Shown piece after piece: positions 28,386 through 39,509 of a stretch of 64,000 nucleotides of DNA; the first letter of the stretch is position 1; each line of letters begins with the position of its first letter. The notes below the pieces were generated by a model that was not told where the DNA came from, did no database searches, and saw nothing but the letters and a program-made list of their open reading frames with translations. The position numbers and the translations under genes are program-made. The DNA is from Capsulimonadales bacterium (lineage in GTDB: Bacteria > Armatimonadota > Armatimonadia > Armatimonadales > Armatimonadaceae): NCBI GenBank assembly GCA_033762295.1, contig JANRLW010000069.1, forward strand, positions 64,001 to 128,000, given 5' to 3'.

Positions 28386-30527
28386 TCAAGGGGTATTACG
28401 CCGGCGTACGGGCTTTCGACCGCCGTTCAGAAACAGCGTCTGGGCATCGATCCGTTTCTTTCGTCCCTCCGGGCGAATCCGTTCCCAGGTGCCGTCGGAC
28501 AGCAGACGCCGCGCCTGGACATTGTCCGCCAGTTGCACCTGCAACACGTCGCGAACGATCCGTTCGCGCATCGGCGGATCGGATATCGGGAAAAGCACCT
28601 CGACGCGCCGGTCCAGATTGCGTGTCATCAGGTCCGCGCTGCCCAGGTAGAGTTCGGGAGAACCGGCGTTCTCGAAGTAGTAGATGCGCGCATGTTCGAG
28701 GAAACGTCCGACGATGCTGATCACCTCGATGTTCTCCGAAACCCCCGGAATCCCGGGCCGCAGACTGCAGACGCCTCGAACGATCAGATCGACCCTGACA
28801 CCGGCGCGGGATGCCCGGTACAGGTGATCGATCATACCGATGTCGGTCAGAGAGTTCATCTTGAAAATCAGACGGGCCGGCTTGCCGTCCCGGGCGCGCT
28901 CCGTTTCCCGGTCGATCCGCTCGGTCAACTCCTGGCGCAGGTTCACCGGGGCGACCAGCATCTTGCGGAACTTCCGCTGCCGGCTATACCCGGTCAGGTA
29001 GTTGAACAGATCGGTCGCGTCCGCGCCGAGTTCGGGGTCCGCGGTCAACAGGCTGAAGTCGGTATAAATCCGGGCCGTGGTGGCGTTGTAGTTGCCCGTG
29101 CCGAGATGCAGATAACGGCGGATGCCGCCGGACTCTCGTCGAACGACCAGGGTCACTTTGCAGTGGGTTTTGAGACCGATCAGGCCGTAGACGACATGGA
29201 CGCCGGCCTCCTCCAACCGCCGCGCCCACTGGATATTGTTCTCCTCGTCAAAACGCGCCTTCAGTTCCACAAGGACGGCCACCTGCGTATCGGCGTCCCG
29301 CGCCTCGATCAGAGCGGGAACGAGCGGAGAGTTCGATCCCAGGCGATATAACGTCTGCTTGATCGCCCGGACATGCGGATCGCGCGCCGACCGCTCCACC
29401 AGCTGGATTACCGGCGCGAAGGAGTCGTAGGGATGGTGCAGCAAGACATCCTGCCGGGTGAGAACGTCGAAAATGTCCTCACCGGAGGAGAACTGACCGG
29501 GGATGTGGGGAATATGCGGTTCGAACTTCAGGTCCGGCCGGTCCACCCGCGTCAATTCCATCAGAGAGGACAAACCCATCTCGCCATCGACGACCACCGT
29601 GTCGGAATCGGTCATCTCCAGATTCTCGAGGAGCTGCTGACGGATGCGTTCCGGCAGGTGCGGCCCGATTTCCAGACGGGTGACAAACTCAAAATGCCGT
29701 CGTCGGACGCCTTCCTGCACCAGTTCCAGAAGATCGGCGGCATCGCCCTCCTGAATCTCGATATCGGCGTTTCGGGTCACACGGAAAGGAAAGACCGCGA
29801 CCGGTTCCAACCCCTCGCCCGGAAACAGCGCTTTGAGATGGTGTTCGATGACGTCCTCGATCCGAACGAACCGATGAGAATCTCCGTCGACCGGCAGTTC
29901 GATCAGGCGAGGGAGCGTTCCCGGAACCTTCATTCGTGCGAACCGCTCGCCGTCGCTTTCATCCCGGAGGACGATCGCCAGGTTCAGGGACAGATTGGAG
30001 ATATGGGGGAAGGGGTGTCCCGGATCGACGGCCAGGGGTGTCAGGATCGGAAAGATCTCGTTGAGGAAGTAGGAGGACAGAAAGGTATGGTCCGAAGCGG
30101 GGAGTTCGTGAAGAGGCAGAAGGAAGATCCGCTCCCGCTTCAGTTCGGCGAACAGGCGCAGATAGCAGGCGCGGGACTCCCGGTACAGTTCCGTCACCCG
30201 CGCATTGATCCGCAAGAGCGCTTCGGCGGGTGTCAGGCCGTCCGCCCCGGCTTCATGGACGCCCGCCTTGCGCTGTGCCTGCGGCCCGGAGATCCGGATC
30301 ATGTAAAACTCATCGAGATTGGAGTGGAAGATGGCGAGGAACTTGACCCGTTCCAGCAGCGGATTACGTTCGTCCTGCGCCTCTTCCAGCACCCGTTTAT
30401 TGAACTCCAGCCAGGAGAGTTCGCGATTGAAATACAGGGACGAACTTCCGGACTCTTCATGTCCGGGCGAGACGGAAGGCGTGGCCGCGCCCCGTTCGCC
30501 GATCAGGTTTTGTTCCGTAAGGTTCAT
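28386..30527 (-). CDS. ppk1: Polyphosphate kinase 1
   Basis: YFNRELSWLEFN, HPFPHISN, LLHHPYDSF, ELKARFDEENN, KTHCK, GTGNYN, GRFLEH, SADLMTRNL. Confidence 0.97.
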   Translation of the reverse strand: MNLTEQNLIGERGAATPSVSPGHEESGSSSLYFNRELSWLEFNKRVLEEAQDERNPLLERVKFLAIFHSNLDEFYMIRISGPQAQRKAGVHEAGADGLTPAEALLRINARVTELYRESRACYLRLFAELKRERIFLLPLHELPASDHTFLSSYFLNEIFPILTPLAVDPGHPFPHISNLSLNLAIVLRDESDGERFARMKVPGTLPRLIELPVDGDSHRFVRIEDVIEHHLKALFPGEGLEPVAVFPFRVTRNADIEIQEGDAADLLELVQEGVRRRHFEFVTRLEIGPHLPERIRQQLLENLEMTDSDTVVVDGEMGLSSLMELTRVDRPDLKFEPHIPHIPGQFSSGEDIFDVLTRQDVLLHHPYDSFAPVIQLVERSARDPHVRAIKQTLYRLGSNSPLVPALIEARDADTQVAVLVELKARFDEENNIQWARRLEEAGVHVVYGLIGLKTHCKVTLVVRRESGGIRRYLHLGTGNYNATTARIYTDFSLLTADPELGADATDLFNYLTGYSRQRKFRKMLVAPVNLRQELTERIDRETERARDGKPARLIFKMNSLTDIGMIDHLYRASRAGVRVDLIVRGVCSLRPGIPGVSENIEVISIVGRFLEHARIYYFENAGSPELYLGSADLMTRNLDRRVEVLFPISDPPMRERIVRDVLQVQLADNVQARRLLSDGTWERIRPEGRKKRIDAQTLFLNGGRKPVRRRNTP

Positions 30528-30743
30528 ACGAAACCTTGTTATATCATGACAAACCGCCCGAATCGTCCGCCGGAGACGACCGCAATCGTTCTTTGTTCTC
30601 CGGATGGATCCAGGTGGTATCGCGTGAAACGACTCCGTCCGCGAGGAGTTGCATCAGGTGATCGTTGGTTTTCTTCGACCCCGCCGACAAAATAATCGAT
30701 AATTTTCCGAAGGGGTCCGGAAAGATCGGATCGCCCAACGACA

Positions 30744-30771
30744 AAAACCGCCGGAGACCTCCGGCGGTTTT
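30744..30771. terminator. Intrinsic terminator after fba
   Basis: AAAACCGCCGGA-gacc-TCCGGCGGTTTT. Confidence 0.8.
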
Positions 30772-30803
30772 CGCTGAAACGGTGGGGCGTTTCGTCGGGA
30801 CGT

Positions 30804-31763
30804 TTACTTCTGCGCGTTCAGGTACTCGCGGACGGAATCCAACTGGCCGGCGGAACCGAGCAGTTCGTTGCGCGAGGCGATAAATTTTGCGTACTCGGCC
30901 ATGAAAACCTTACCCGGCGGGCGAAGGTCGAACTCGCTCGGTTTGTCGCGGAAGAACTCACGATGCACCCGGGTCCAGACCAGGCGGCCGTCCGTATCGA
31001 TGTTGACCTTGCAGACGCCGAGTTTCGCGGCGGGGAGGTACTGCGCCGGGTCGACGCCCTTCGCGCCTTCCTTCAGCGCGCCGCCCGCCTCGTTGATCCG
31101 CTTCACTTCGTCCTGCGGAACCGAGGAGGAACCGTGCATGACCAGCGGGAAGCCGGGAAGCTGTTTCCGGATCGCCTCGACCCGGTCGAAGTGAATGCCC
31201 TGACCGCCCGAGAACTTGTACGCGCCGTGGGAAGTGCCGATGGCGCAGGCCAGCGAGTCGCAGCCCGATCGTTCGACGAACAGTTTCGCCTCGTCCGGGT
31301 CGGTCAGCATCGCGTGCTTCTCATCGACCTTGATATCCTCCTCGACGCCGCCGAGCATGCCAAGCTCCGCCTCGACGGAGATGCCGCGCGCATGGGCGGC
31401 ATCCACCACTCGTTTGGTGATCGCGACGTTCTCATCAAACGGATCGTGGGAGGCATCGATCATGACCGACGAGTAGAAGCCGGACTCGATGCATTCGTAG
31501 CAGGTCTGCTCGTCGCCATGGTCCAGATGGACGGCGAAGATGGCTTCGGGGAAAATCTCCTCGGCGGCGCGGATCATGGCTTCCAGCATCCGTTTATCGG
31601 TGTAGGCGCGCGCACCCTTGGAGATCTGGATAATGAACGGGGCCTTGCTGTCGACGTTGCCCCGGAACAGACCCATGATCTGTTCGAGGTTATTGATGTT
31701 ATAGGCGCCCAGCGCATAGTTGCCGTAGGCATGCGCGAAAAGTTGTTTGGTGGCGACAATCAT
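30804..31763 (-). CDS. fba: Class II fructose-bisphosphate aldolase
   Basis: VHLDHG, SSVMIDASH, VEAELG, AIGTSHGAYKF, LVMHGSS, KVNIDTD; start trimmed to ATG 31763. Confidence 0.95.
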   Translation of the reverse strand: MIVATKQLFAHAYGNYALGAYNINNLEQIMGLFRGNVDSKAPFIIQISKGARAYTDKRMLEAMIRAAEEIFPEAIFAVHLDHGDEQTCYECIESGFYSSVMIDASHDPFDENVAITKRVVDAAHARGISVEAELGMLGGVEEDIKVDEKHAMLTDPDEAKLFVERSGCDSLACAIGTSHGAYKFSGGQGIHFDRVEAIRKQLPGFPLVMHGSSSVPQDEVKRINEAGGALKEGAKGVDPAQYLPAAKLGVCKVNIDTDGRLVWTRVHREFFRDKPSEFDLRPPGKVFMAEYAKFIASRNELLGSAGQLDSVREYLNAQK

Positions 31764-31947
31764 GAATTTGCTCCTGGGAGGACGGCACGGGCCACGTCGC
31801 CTGCCGTTTCGTATTGCAATTTCTCCGCTATCAAAAGTGTAGCCGACCCACGGAACGCTTGTCAAGGAAACGTGCCGTCGGGAAACGGCCGAATGATACA
31901 ATCCGAACGAAACGCCTCCGAAACCCAACGATCCGGGAACCCTGTCC

Positions 31948-33897
31948 ATGCTGTCCATGAACGATGACCTGTTTGATGTCGCGACGACCGCCGCCGGTCC
32001 CGCCGGCGAACTCCCTCTGACCGAAGAGATGCTGCTCCGCCGACCCTCCGGTGATATTTTCGGGCTTTCGCAAAATGCCGGGATGGGCTGGGACCCGGCC
32101 CGCCTCGACCGCCGCGAGTTCCTGATCCTCTCGACCCAGGGCGGTATTCGCGCCGAAGACGGAACTCCGATCGCCCTCGGTTACCACACCGGGCACTGGG
32201 AGGTCGGCCTGCTGATGAAGGCGGCGGCGGAAACCCTGACGACCGCCGGGGCGATCCCGTTTGCCGGGTTCGTCTCCGATCCCTGCGACGGGCGGACCCA
32301 GGGAACGGTCGGCATGATGGACTCCCTGCCGTACCGCAACGACGCCGCCCTGGTCTTTCGCCGCCTGATCCGCTCGCTGCCGACCCGCAAGGGCGTCCTC
32401 GGCGTCGCGACCTGCGACAAGGGACTCCCGGCGATGATGATCGCCCTCGCCGCACAGCACGGACTCCCGACCGTTCTGGTTCCGGGCGGCGTGACCCTGC
32501 CGCCAACGCGCGGGGAGGATGCCGGCAAGGTGCAGACCATCGGGGCCAGATTCGCGCACGGCCTGATCACCCTAAAAGAGGCGGCGGAAGCCGGATGTCG
32601 CGCCTGCGCGACGCCGGGGGGCGGCTGCCAGTTCTTCGGGACCGCCGCGACCGCCCAGGCGGTCGGGGAAGGGCTCGGCCTGACCGTGACCCATGCCGCT
32701 CTCGCGCCGTCCGGTCAGCCGATCTGGCTCGAAATGGCCCGCCAGTCCGCTCGCGCCCTGCTCGAACTCGAAACGCGCGGCATCACGACCGGCGATATCC
32801 TCACCGACGCGGCGGTCGAGAACGCGATGTACGTCCACGCGGCCTGCGGCGGTTCGACCAATCTCCTGTTGCATCTTCCCGCCATCGCCTACGCGGCGAA
32901 ATGCCGACGTCCGACCGTGCAGGACTGGATTCGCGTCAATCGCGCAGTACCGCGCCTGGTCGATGTCCTGCCCAATGGCCCGACCGACCATCCGACCGTC
33001 CGGTTCTTCCTCGCCGGAGGCGTTCCCGAAGTGATGCTCCACCTGCGTCGGCTCGGCCTGCTGCACACGGATTGCCTGACCGTGACCGGGAAAACCGTCG
33101 GTGAGAACCTGGCGGAGTGGGAACGATCCGAACGCCGGGAACGATTGCGTCAGGTTCTGCGCGATAAGGACGGCGTCGATCCGGACGAGGTCATTCTCTC
33201 GCCGGAACGCGCGACACAACGGGGACTCACCTCGACCGTCTGTTTCCCGGTCGGAAATCTCGCCCCGCAGGGGTCGGTGATCAAGGCGACCGCCATCGAT
33301 CCGTCGGTGGTCGATGCGGACGGCGTCTATCGCAAGGTCGGCCCGGCCCGGGTCTTCGTCACCGAACGCGATGCCATCGCCGCCATCAAGGGAACGTCCG
33401 CGGACGGTCGACGCATCGAAGCGGGAGATGTGATCGTTCTGATCTGCCGGGGACCGATGGGTTCCGGGATGGAGGAGACGTACCAGATCACGTCGGCGTT
33501 AAAATATGTCCCGTATGGGAAAACGGTCGCCGTTTTGACCGATGCGCGTTTCTCCGGCGTCTCGACCGGCGCCTGCATCGGACATATCGGCCCGGAGGCG
33601 CTGGCGGGCGGCCCGATCGGCAGAGTCCGGGACGGCGACCGGATCGAGATCCTCATCGATCGAAACACGCTGGAAGGAAGCATCCAGCTGGTCGGAACCG
33701 GCGAGACGCTGTTCGGCGCGGAGGAGGGGAGCAGGGTTCTCGCGCAGCGGACGCCGCATCCCGATCTCGCGCCGGACCCGGACCTGCCGGACGACACCCG
33801 TCTCTGGGCGCTATTGCAGAATGCCAGCGGGGGCACCTGGGGCGGGTGCGTCTACGATGTCGATGCCATCGCCCGCGCCCTGTCCGCCGTCGCCTGA
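31948..33897 (+). CDS. YagF/YjhG-family sugar-acid (D-xylonate) dehydratase, IlvD/Edd superfamily
   Basis: [65 protein letters not shown]. Confidence 0.92.
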   Translation: MLSMNDDLFDVATTAAGPAGELPLTEEMLLRRPSGDIFGLSQNAGMGWDPARLDRREFLILSTQGGIRAEDGTPIALGYHTGHWEVGLLMKAAAETLTTAGAIPFAGFVSDPCDGRTQGTVGMMDSLPYRNDAALVFRRLIRSLPTRKGVLGVATCDKGLPAMMIALAAQHGLPTVLVPGGVTLPPTRGEDAGKVQTIGARFAHGLITLKEAAEAGCRACATPGGGCQFFGTAATAQAVGEGLGLTVTHAALAPSGQPIWLEMARQSARALLELETRGITTGDILTDAAVENAMYVHAACGGSTNLLLHLPAIAYAAKCRRPTVQDWIRVNRAVPRLVDVLPNGPTDHPTVRFFLAGGVPEVMLHLRRLGLLHTDCLTVTGKTVGENLAEWERSERRERLRQVLRDKDGVDPDEVILSPERATQRGLTSTVCFPVGNLAPQGSVIKATAIDPSVVDADGVYRKVGPARVFVTERDAIAAIKGTSADGRRIEAGDVIVLICRGPMGSGMEETYQITSALKYVPYGKTVAVLTDARFSGVSTGACIGHIGPEALAGGPIGRVRDGDRIEILIDRNTLEGSIQLVGTGETLFGAEEGSRVLAQRTPHPDLAPDPDLPDDTRLWALLQNASGGTWGGCVYDVDAIARALSAVA

Positions 33898-33918
33898 GAA
33901 CGGCGGACCGGTGCGACC

Positions 33919-34674
33919 TTACGGGACAACCGTTTCGGGCGGCGTCGGCGCGGTGCCTTTCGTCGGCTTCTTCAGCGGTTTGATGTAGATATTTCGGAAA
34001 CTCGCGACGGTGTTCGGTCCGTGGCAAAGCTGGAAACCGATCGGTCCGCTCGGAAAACCGCCCGGATCGTCACCGTCCGCCGTTTTGACGCCGTTGAGGT
34101 AAATCGTCACCCGGCTGCCCACATGGCGGATGTAATAGTGGTTCCAGTCGCCGGGACGCAAAATCCGGTCCGCCTCCTCTTTCGGGAAGTCGAAAATCTT
34201 CCTCTGGCGGTGATGCTCATCCCAGAGACAGCCCCAGTACCCTTCCCCCATATCGACCTGATACCCCGGAACATCATCGAAAGATTTCGGCTGAATCCGG
34301 GTACAGACCCCGCTGTTGTAGCCGACCATTTTCACATCGATGTGCAGTTCGAAGTCGGAGTAGTCCCGGTCGGTGAACAGGTAATGGTGGTGCGGCGTCT
34401 CGCCCTTCTTATCGCCGACGATCGCTCCGTCCTTGACCTCCCAGTAACCCTTTTCGCCGACCCACCCTTTCAGCGACCTGCCGTCGAATAGTGGTGTCCA
34501 GCCCTTCGCCACCGGTTTTCCGTCCTTCACCGTGCCGTCCGGTCCGTCGCCGAACTGCACGACGCCGGGCGCGGGAAAGACGGGCGGTTCTGCCGACGGC
34601 GCGGCGGAGGCAAGGCCAGCGACGGTCAGGAGAACGGCGGTCGGAGCGAGAAGCGAAACGAGTCGTTGTTTCAT
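33919..34674 (-). CDS. Secreted DUF1080 (3-keto-disaccharide hydrolase-like) protein
   Basis: Signal peptide; GWTPLFDGRSLKGW, YSDFEL, NSGV, GYQVD, DWNHY, GPIGFQL, FRNIYIKPL; ATGA overlap with DUF1501. Confidence 0.88.
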   Translation of the reverse strand: MKQRLVSLLAPTAVLLTVAGLASAAPSAEPPVFPAPGVVQFGDGPDGTVKDGKPVAKGWTPLFDGRSLKGWVGEKGYWEVKDGAIVGDKKGETPHHHYLFTDRDYSDFELHIDVKMVGYNSGVCTRIQPKSFDDVPGYQVDMGEGYWGCLWDEHHRQRKIFDFPKEEADRILRPGDWNHYYIRHVGSRVTIYLNGVKTADGDDPGGFPSGPIGFQLCHGPNTVASFRNIYIKPLKKPTKGTAPTPPETVVP

Positions 34675-36122
34675 GCCAGAGCGTTCCTTATGACGACGCC
34701 TCCGTTGCCGGTCAACCGCTGGAAGCGTCCGTTGAAAAGATAGGTGAGTTTCATATCATCCAGTCCGACGGCGCGCAGAACGGTCGCGTGCATATCGCGG
34801 ATATGGTAGGGGTCGTTGCCGGTCTTGTAGCCGACGTCGTCGGAGGAACCGATAACCTGACCGCCTTTGATACCGCCGCCCGCCATCCAGACCGTCTGTA
34901 CGCCGGGATTATGGTCTCGACCGGACCCTCCCTGAGAAATCGGCATGCGCCCGAACTCCCCCGCCCAGATTATGAGCGTCGAGTCCAGCAGACCACGGCG
35001 TTTCAAATCGGTCAGCAGGCCGGCGATCGGTTTATCGGTCGAACCGGCGTGCTTTCGGTGGTTGCCGACGATATCGCCATGGGCATCCCAGGTATCGTCA
35101 CCGTGACCGCCGCCGGAGTACAGCTGAATGAAGCGGACGCCGCGCTCCACCAGGCGGCGGGCCAGGAGACACTTACGCCCGAACTCTTCGGTTTCCGGTC
35201 GGTCCAGGCCGTAGAGAGCCTTCGTCTCCTCCGATTCCTTCGACAGATCGACCGCTTCCGGTGCGGACATCTGCATGCGGTACGCGAGTTCGTAGGACGC
35301 GATCCGCGCTTCGAGTTCGCTGTCGCCGGGTCGCGCCGCCAGATGCTCGCGGTTGAGCCGTCCCAGAAACTCCAGGTCCGCTTTCTGTGACGCGTCGCTG
35401 ACCCCCTTGCCGGGCTTCAGGTCCAGAATCGGGGTTCCGGCGGCCCGGAAGACCGTTCCCTGATAGGTCGCCGGCATATACCCCGAGGCCCAGTTCGGCG
35501 CGCCGCCGATCGGACCGCCGCGCGAGTCCAGCATCACCACGAACCCCGGCAGGTTCCGGTTCTCCGATCCGAGACCGTAGGTGACCCAGGACCCCATGGC
35601 CGGCGATCCCTGAAGGATCGTTCCGGTGTTCATTTCGAACAGGGCGGGCGCATGATTGTTGGAATCGCCATAGATCGACCGGAAAAAGCAGATATCGTCG
35701 ACGCATTCGCCGACATGGGGATAGAGTTCGCTGACTTCGATGCCCGACTTTCCGTACTTTTTGAACGCGAACGGGCTTTTCATCAAAGGCACGCTGCCGC
35801 TGTTCGCGCCGCCGAACGTTTTCACCTCGCCGGCGTTCGGCAGGGCGACCTTCATGGTCTTGCCGTCGAAGCGTGTCAACTCCGGCTTCGGATCGAACGT
35901 GTCCATCTGGCTCGGACCGCCGTACATGAACAGGAAGATAACCGATTTGGCCCGCGCCGGAACCATCGGGCGTTTGGGCGACAGCGGGCCGGGCCGGCCG
36001 TCGGTGGCCTGAGCTTCCTCGGCCAGAAGGGCGGAAAGCGCGAGACTACCGAACCCGACCCCGGCGCGAAGAAGAAAATCGCGCCGGGAGTGGGCGTTGC
36101 CAAAATGGGGTGGTCGCTGCAT
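34671..36122 (-). CDS. DUF1501 protein with Tat signal
   Basis: SRRDFL, AKSVIFLFMYGGPSQMDTFDPKP, GSWVTYGLG, LARRLVERGVRF, WDAH, GEFGR, GRDHN. Confidence 0.92.
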   Translation of the reverse strand: MQRPPHFGNAHSRRDFLLRAGVGFGSLALSALLAEEAQATDGRPGPLSPKRPMVPARAKSVIFLFMYGGPSQMDTFDPKPELTRFDGKTMKVALPNAGEVKTFGGANSGSVPLMKSPFAFKKYGKSGIEVSELYPHVGECVDDICFFRSIYGDSNNHAPALFEMNTGTILQGSPAMGSWVTYGLGSENRNLPGFVVMLDSRGGPIGGAPNWASGYMPATYQGTVFRAAGTPILDLKPGKGVSDASQKADLEFLGRLNREHLAARPGDSELEARIASYELAYRMQMSAPEAVDLSKESEETKALYGLDRPETEEFGRKCLLARRLVERGVRFIQLYSGGGHGDDTWDAHGDIVGNHRKHAGSTDKPIAGLLTDLKRRGLLDSTLIIWAGEFGRMPISQGGSGRDHNPGVQTVWMAGGGIKGGQVIGSSDDVGYKTGNDPYHIRDMHATVLRAVGLDDMKLTYLFNGRFQRLTGNGGVVIRNALA

Positions 36123-36141
36123 CGTGGTTCTTCGGCTCCTG

Positions 36142-38568
36142 TCAATCGGCGTAGACAAACTCATTGGTGTTGAACAGAACGTGACAGAGATCGGCCCAGG
36201 CCATCCTCTCGGCGGCGGACTGCCCTTCCTCCTGGTGCAGCCGACGTTTGCGTTCGAGGAACAAAGTTGCCTGTCGAAGCTCCTCGTCCGTCGGGCGGCG
36301 GACCAGCGCCGTTCGGTAGGCGCGAGTGATCCGCGTCGCGGTCGTCGCTTCCTCGGCCAGCAGGCGGTCGGCGAAACGGCGCGATTCGTTCCACACGAAC
36401 TCGCCGTTGAACAGGGCCAACGCCTGCGGAGCGATCGTGGTGGTGTTGCGGCGCGGACAGGAGTTCACCATGTCGGGACCGTCGAACACCTCGGCGATCG
36501 GCAGAGCGAGCGAGCGACGCTGGAAGACATAAATGGTCCGTCGACGCTGCTGATCCTCCGGCGAACTGCCCCACTTACGGGTGGAACCGGTGGAAAGAAC
36601 CTCGGCGCTCAACGCCGGGTAGATGCTCGGGCCGCCCCGTTCCGGGTTCAGTCCGCCGCTGACCGAGAGAACGCTGTCGCGGATCGCTTCCGCTTCCAGT
36701 CGCTGGCGGTTCTGACTTCGGAACAGACGGTTGGCCGGGTCGACCGCCTTTGCTTTGGCCGTGGGCATGGCGCTCTGCCGGTAGGTGGCGGAGGTCAGGA
36801 TCAGGCGGTGTATCGCCTTCAGACTCCATTTCCTCCGGATCAACTCCCCGGCGAGGTAGTCGACCAGTTCCGGATAGGCGGTCTTTTCACTGTTCACGCC
36901 GAAGTCGGAGGGGGTGCCGACCAGTCCGACGCCGAAGTGGTGCTGCCAGAGCCGATTGACAATCACCCGCGCCGTCATCGGGTTCCGTGGCGACGTGAGC
37001 CAGGCGGCCAGGGCGGATCGCGCCCCGGAGGTTCGCCCGTCCTCAGGTTTGGCGAAGACCGCTTCCTGCTCCTTGCCGCCGCTGAACGCCGCGATAAAGC
37101 CGGGCGTGATCGCCTCACCGGGGGTTGTCAGGTTACCGCGCACCAACACATGATGTTTGGGCGGTTCGGCGTTCCGGTCGGTCACCGTTTCGGCGACCGC
37201 ATCGATCGGGTGCAAACGGCGTACCACGTCATCTCGCTTCGCGCGCAGCCCGTCCCAGGTTTCCTTTCGGTCCTTTCGGGAGGCGTCCGACAGCCATTTA
37301 TCGATCGCCTCATCGTTCGCGTCGGCCTTTTGCATGGCCGTTCGAACCTCGGCGCGGAAACGGTCGAGCGCCTCCTCGGCGGCTTTTCGTTCCTGCCGCG
37401 CCCGATCGCGCTCTTCGATGACCGCGGGCGGGTCGACCTCGCCCGGAAGCGACTGCTCCCGCCATTCCGTATTGACGAAGAACGCCTGCAGTCGGTAGTA
37501 ATCGCGCTGAGAGATGCGGTCGTACTTATGGTCGTGACAGCGGGCGCAACCGACGGTCATGCCCAGAACGGCGGAACTGAGAGTATCCGTGGCATCGTTC
37601 AGAGTCTCCTGTCGCCGACCGGGCGGATCGGTGGAGAGTTCGTCGTAGCTGCCGAGACGCAGGAATCCGGTCGCGATCCAGGCATCCGGGTCCTTCGGGA
37701 AAAGCTCGTCGCCCGCCACCTGCTCCTGCAGAAAACGGTCGTAGGGTTTGTCGACGTTGAACGCGCGGATGACGTAATCGCGGTATCGCCAGGCCCGTGC
37801 CCGGATGTTATCCGCTTCGAAGCCGTGCGTCTCGGCGAAGCGGACCAGGTCGAGCCAGTGTCGCGCCCAGCGTTCGCCGAACCGTGGGTCCGCGAGCAGG
37901 CGGTCCACCAGATTTTCGTAGGCGTTCGGCGAGGTATCGGCGAAGAAGGCGTCCGTCTCCTGCGGGGTCGGCGGCATCCCGACCAGATCGAGGTACAGCC
38001 GTCGGATCAGAGCGACTTTCGGCGCGGGCGGAGCCGGTGTCAGCCCTTTCGCACGCAGTTTCGCCAGAACGAAGCGATCGATCGGATGAGAGACGTTGCC
38101 GGCGACGGCGGGCGGGGTGACCCTGGCGATCGGAACGTACGGCCATTCGAGTTTTTCGGCATCGATGGTCGCGCCTTCCGCGATCCAGCGCTCGACGGTC
38201 CGAATCTGCGCCTCCGTCAGCGGGTGTCCGCCCATCGGCATCTGCGGCTGATGGGTGCCGCGCAGGTAACCGACGAGCGCCGACGCGGCGGGTTTGCCCG
38301 GAACGACAATCTTTCTGCCGAACTTCGTTCCGCCGTTGCGCAGAACGTCGGGCGTATCCAGCGAAAGACCGCCGGCGGCCGAGGTTTTGGTGTGGCAACC
38401 GGAACAGTGAATCCGCAGAAGCGGGGCGACGGTCTCCTGATAGCTGACCCGTTTCGGCGCGGCCGCCGCCAGAATCACCAGGGAGAGCAGCGACAGCAGG
38501 GGTAGCGCGACGCCGAGGCGGCGAACCACGTTCACGTGCGACAAAAAGGGCCGATGGCTTCGGAGCAT
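36142..38568 (-). CDS. PSD1/PSCyt (DUF1549/DUF1553) planctomycete-type cytochrome c protein
   Basis: CSGCH, CARCHDHKYD, HPIDRF, GERWARHWLD, NRLWQHHFG, RLEAEAIRD, TTIAPQAL, NTNEF. Confidence 0.92.
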   Translation of the reverse strand: MLRSHRPFLSHVNVVRRLGVALPLLSLLSLVILAAAAPKRVSYQETVAPLLRIHCSGCHTKTSAAGGLSLDTPDVLRNGGTKFGRKIVVPGKPAASALVGYLRGTHQPQMPMGGHPLTEAQIRTVERWIAEGATIDAEKLEWPYVPIARVTPPAVAGNVSHPIDRFVLAKLRAKGLTPAPPAPKVALIRRLYLDLVGMPPTPQETDAFFADTSPNAYENLVDRLLADPRFGERWARHWLDLVRFAETHGFEADNIRARAWRYRDYVIRAFNVDKPYDRFLQEQVAGDELFPKDPDAWIATGFLRLGSYDELSTDPPGRRQETLNDATDTLSSAVLGMTVGCARCHDHKYDRISQRDYYRLQAFFVNTEWREQSLPGEVDPPAVIEERDRARQERKAAEEALDRFRAEVRTAMQKADANDEAIDKWLSDASRKDRKETWDGLRAKRDDVVRRLHPIDAVAETVTDRNAEPPKHHVLVRGNLTTPGEAITPGFIAAFSGGKEQEAVFAKPEDGRTSGARSALAAWLTSPRNPMTARVIVNRLWQHHFGVGLVGTPSDFGVNSEKTAYPELVDYLAGELIRRKWSLKAIHRLILTSATYRQSAMPTAKAKAVDPANRLFRSQNRQRLEAEAIRDSVLSVSGGLNPERGGPSIYPALSAEVLSTGSTRKWGSSPEDQQRRRTIYVFQRRSLALPIAEVFDGPDMVNSCPRRNTTTIAPQALALFNGEFVWNESRRFADRLLAEEATTATRITRAYRTALVRRPTDEELRQATLFLERKRRLHQEEGQSAAERMAWADLCHVLFNTNEFVYAD

Positions 38569-38657
38569 GGGTAACGGTCCATCCGACAACGATAACCGGA
38601 ACGACGAACTGTTTAAGTATACTTCAACGCCCGCTTCGGGGCAATAGCCGAAACGAC

Positions 38658-38686
38658 GAAAGGCCCGCCGAAAAGGGCGGGCCTTC
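38658..38686 (-). terminator. Hairpin/terminator after the site-2 protease gene
   Basis: AAGGCCCGCC/GGCGGGCCTT stem followed by T-rich bases on the minus strand. Confidence 0.6.
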
Positions 38687-38706
38687 GGGTCGTTGTGACG
38701 TTCCGA

Positions 38707-39390
38707 TCAGAGGCCAAGAAGAATCTTGAGCAGGGTCAGAACGATCGGCGCGACAAATTGTCCCAGAGTGCCGGTGTAGGTCAGTATCAGCAGGAGGTAG
38801 ACGCCGTAGCGCTGCATGAAGCCGCGGTAAGGAACGGCCAGCGACTCCGGAAGAAAGCTGGAGACGATATGGGAACCGTCCAGCGGGTGGATCGGGACCA
38901 GATTAAAAGCGAACAGACCCAGGTTGACGAGCATCGCGATAAAGAGGAAGAGCAGAACGTACATCGCGTTCTCGTCCCGCCCGATCCCGCCCGCCATCAC
39001 AAACCGTGTGATCGGCGCAAGGACGACGGCGGTCAGCAGGTTCATCAGCGGGCCGGCCGCGGCCACCCAGGCGATGCCCCTTTTCGCCCCGCAACGATAT
39101 TTTTCCGGGTCGGTACGAACGGGCTTCCCCCAACCGATCGGGAAACCGATCAGCATGGAAACGACCAGCAACAGCGTTCCCAGCGGATCGAGATGGGCCA
39201 GCGGGTTGAGCGTGACCCGCTTCTGTTCCCGCGGCCCCGGATCGCCCAGGCGGTCCGCCATCCAGGCGTGACCGAACTCATGAACGGTGGTGGCGAAAAT
39301 GATGGCAACCAGCGCCATCATCCAGAGGATCACGGGGGAAGGCTCCCATCGCGTGACGGTGAAACATAACTCACGCACGATATCGAACAT
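38707..39390 (-). CDS. Site-2 protease family (M50) metalloprotease
   Basis: HEFGH, TLNPLAHLDPLG, GWGKPV, AAAGP, FNLVPIHPLDGS; ATG 39390 with SD GGAGG. Confidence 0.92.
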   Translation of the reverse strand: MFDIVRELCFTVTRWEPSPVILWMMALVAIIFATTVHEFGHAWMADRLGDPGPREQKRVTLNPLAHLDPLGTLLLVVSMLIGFPIGWGKPVRTDPEKYRCGAKRGIAWVAAAGPLMNLLTAVVLAPITRFVMAGGIGRDENAMYVLLFLFIAMLVNLGLFAFNLVPIHPLDGSHIVSSFLPESLAVPYRGFMQRYGVYLLLILTYTGTLGQFVAPIVLTLLKILLGL

Positions 39391-39509
39391 GTGACTGCCT
39401 CCTGAAAACCGGCGCGTCCGGATCGAATGTACACAGTATATCGGCAAACCGCCACGTTGCGCCGTGCGATTTTCAACGTCCGCCGCCGTCAAAATCGGCG
39501 CCGCCGGAA

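Noticed and set aside
30612..30640. AGGTGGTATCGCG resembling a T-box antiterminator core
   Set aside because: It is on the plus strand with no plus-strand gene downstream, and no stem I or specifier loop is recognisable.
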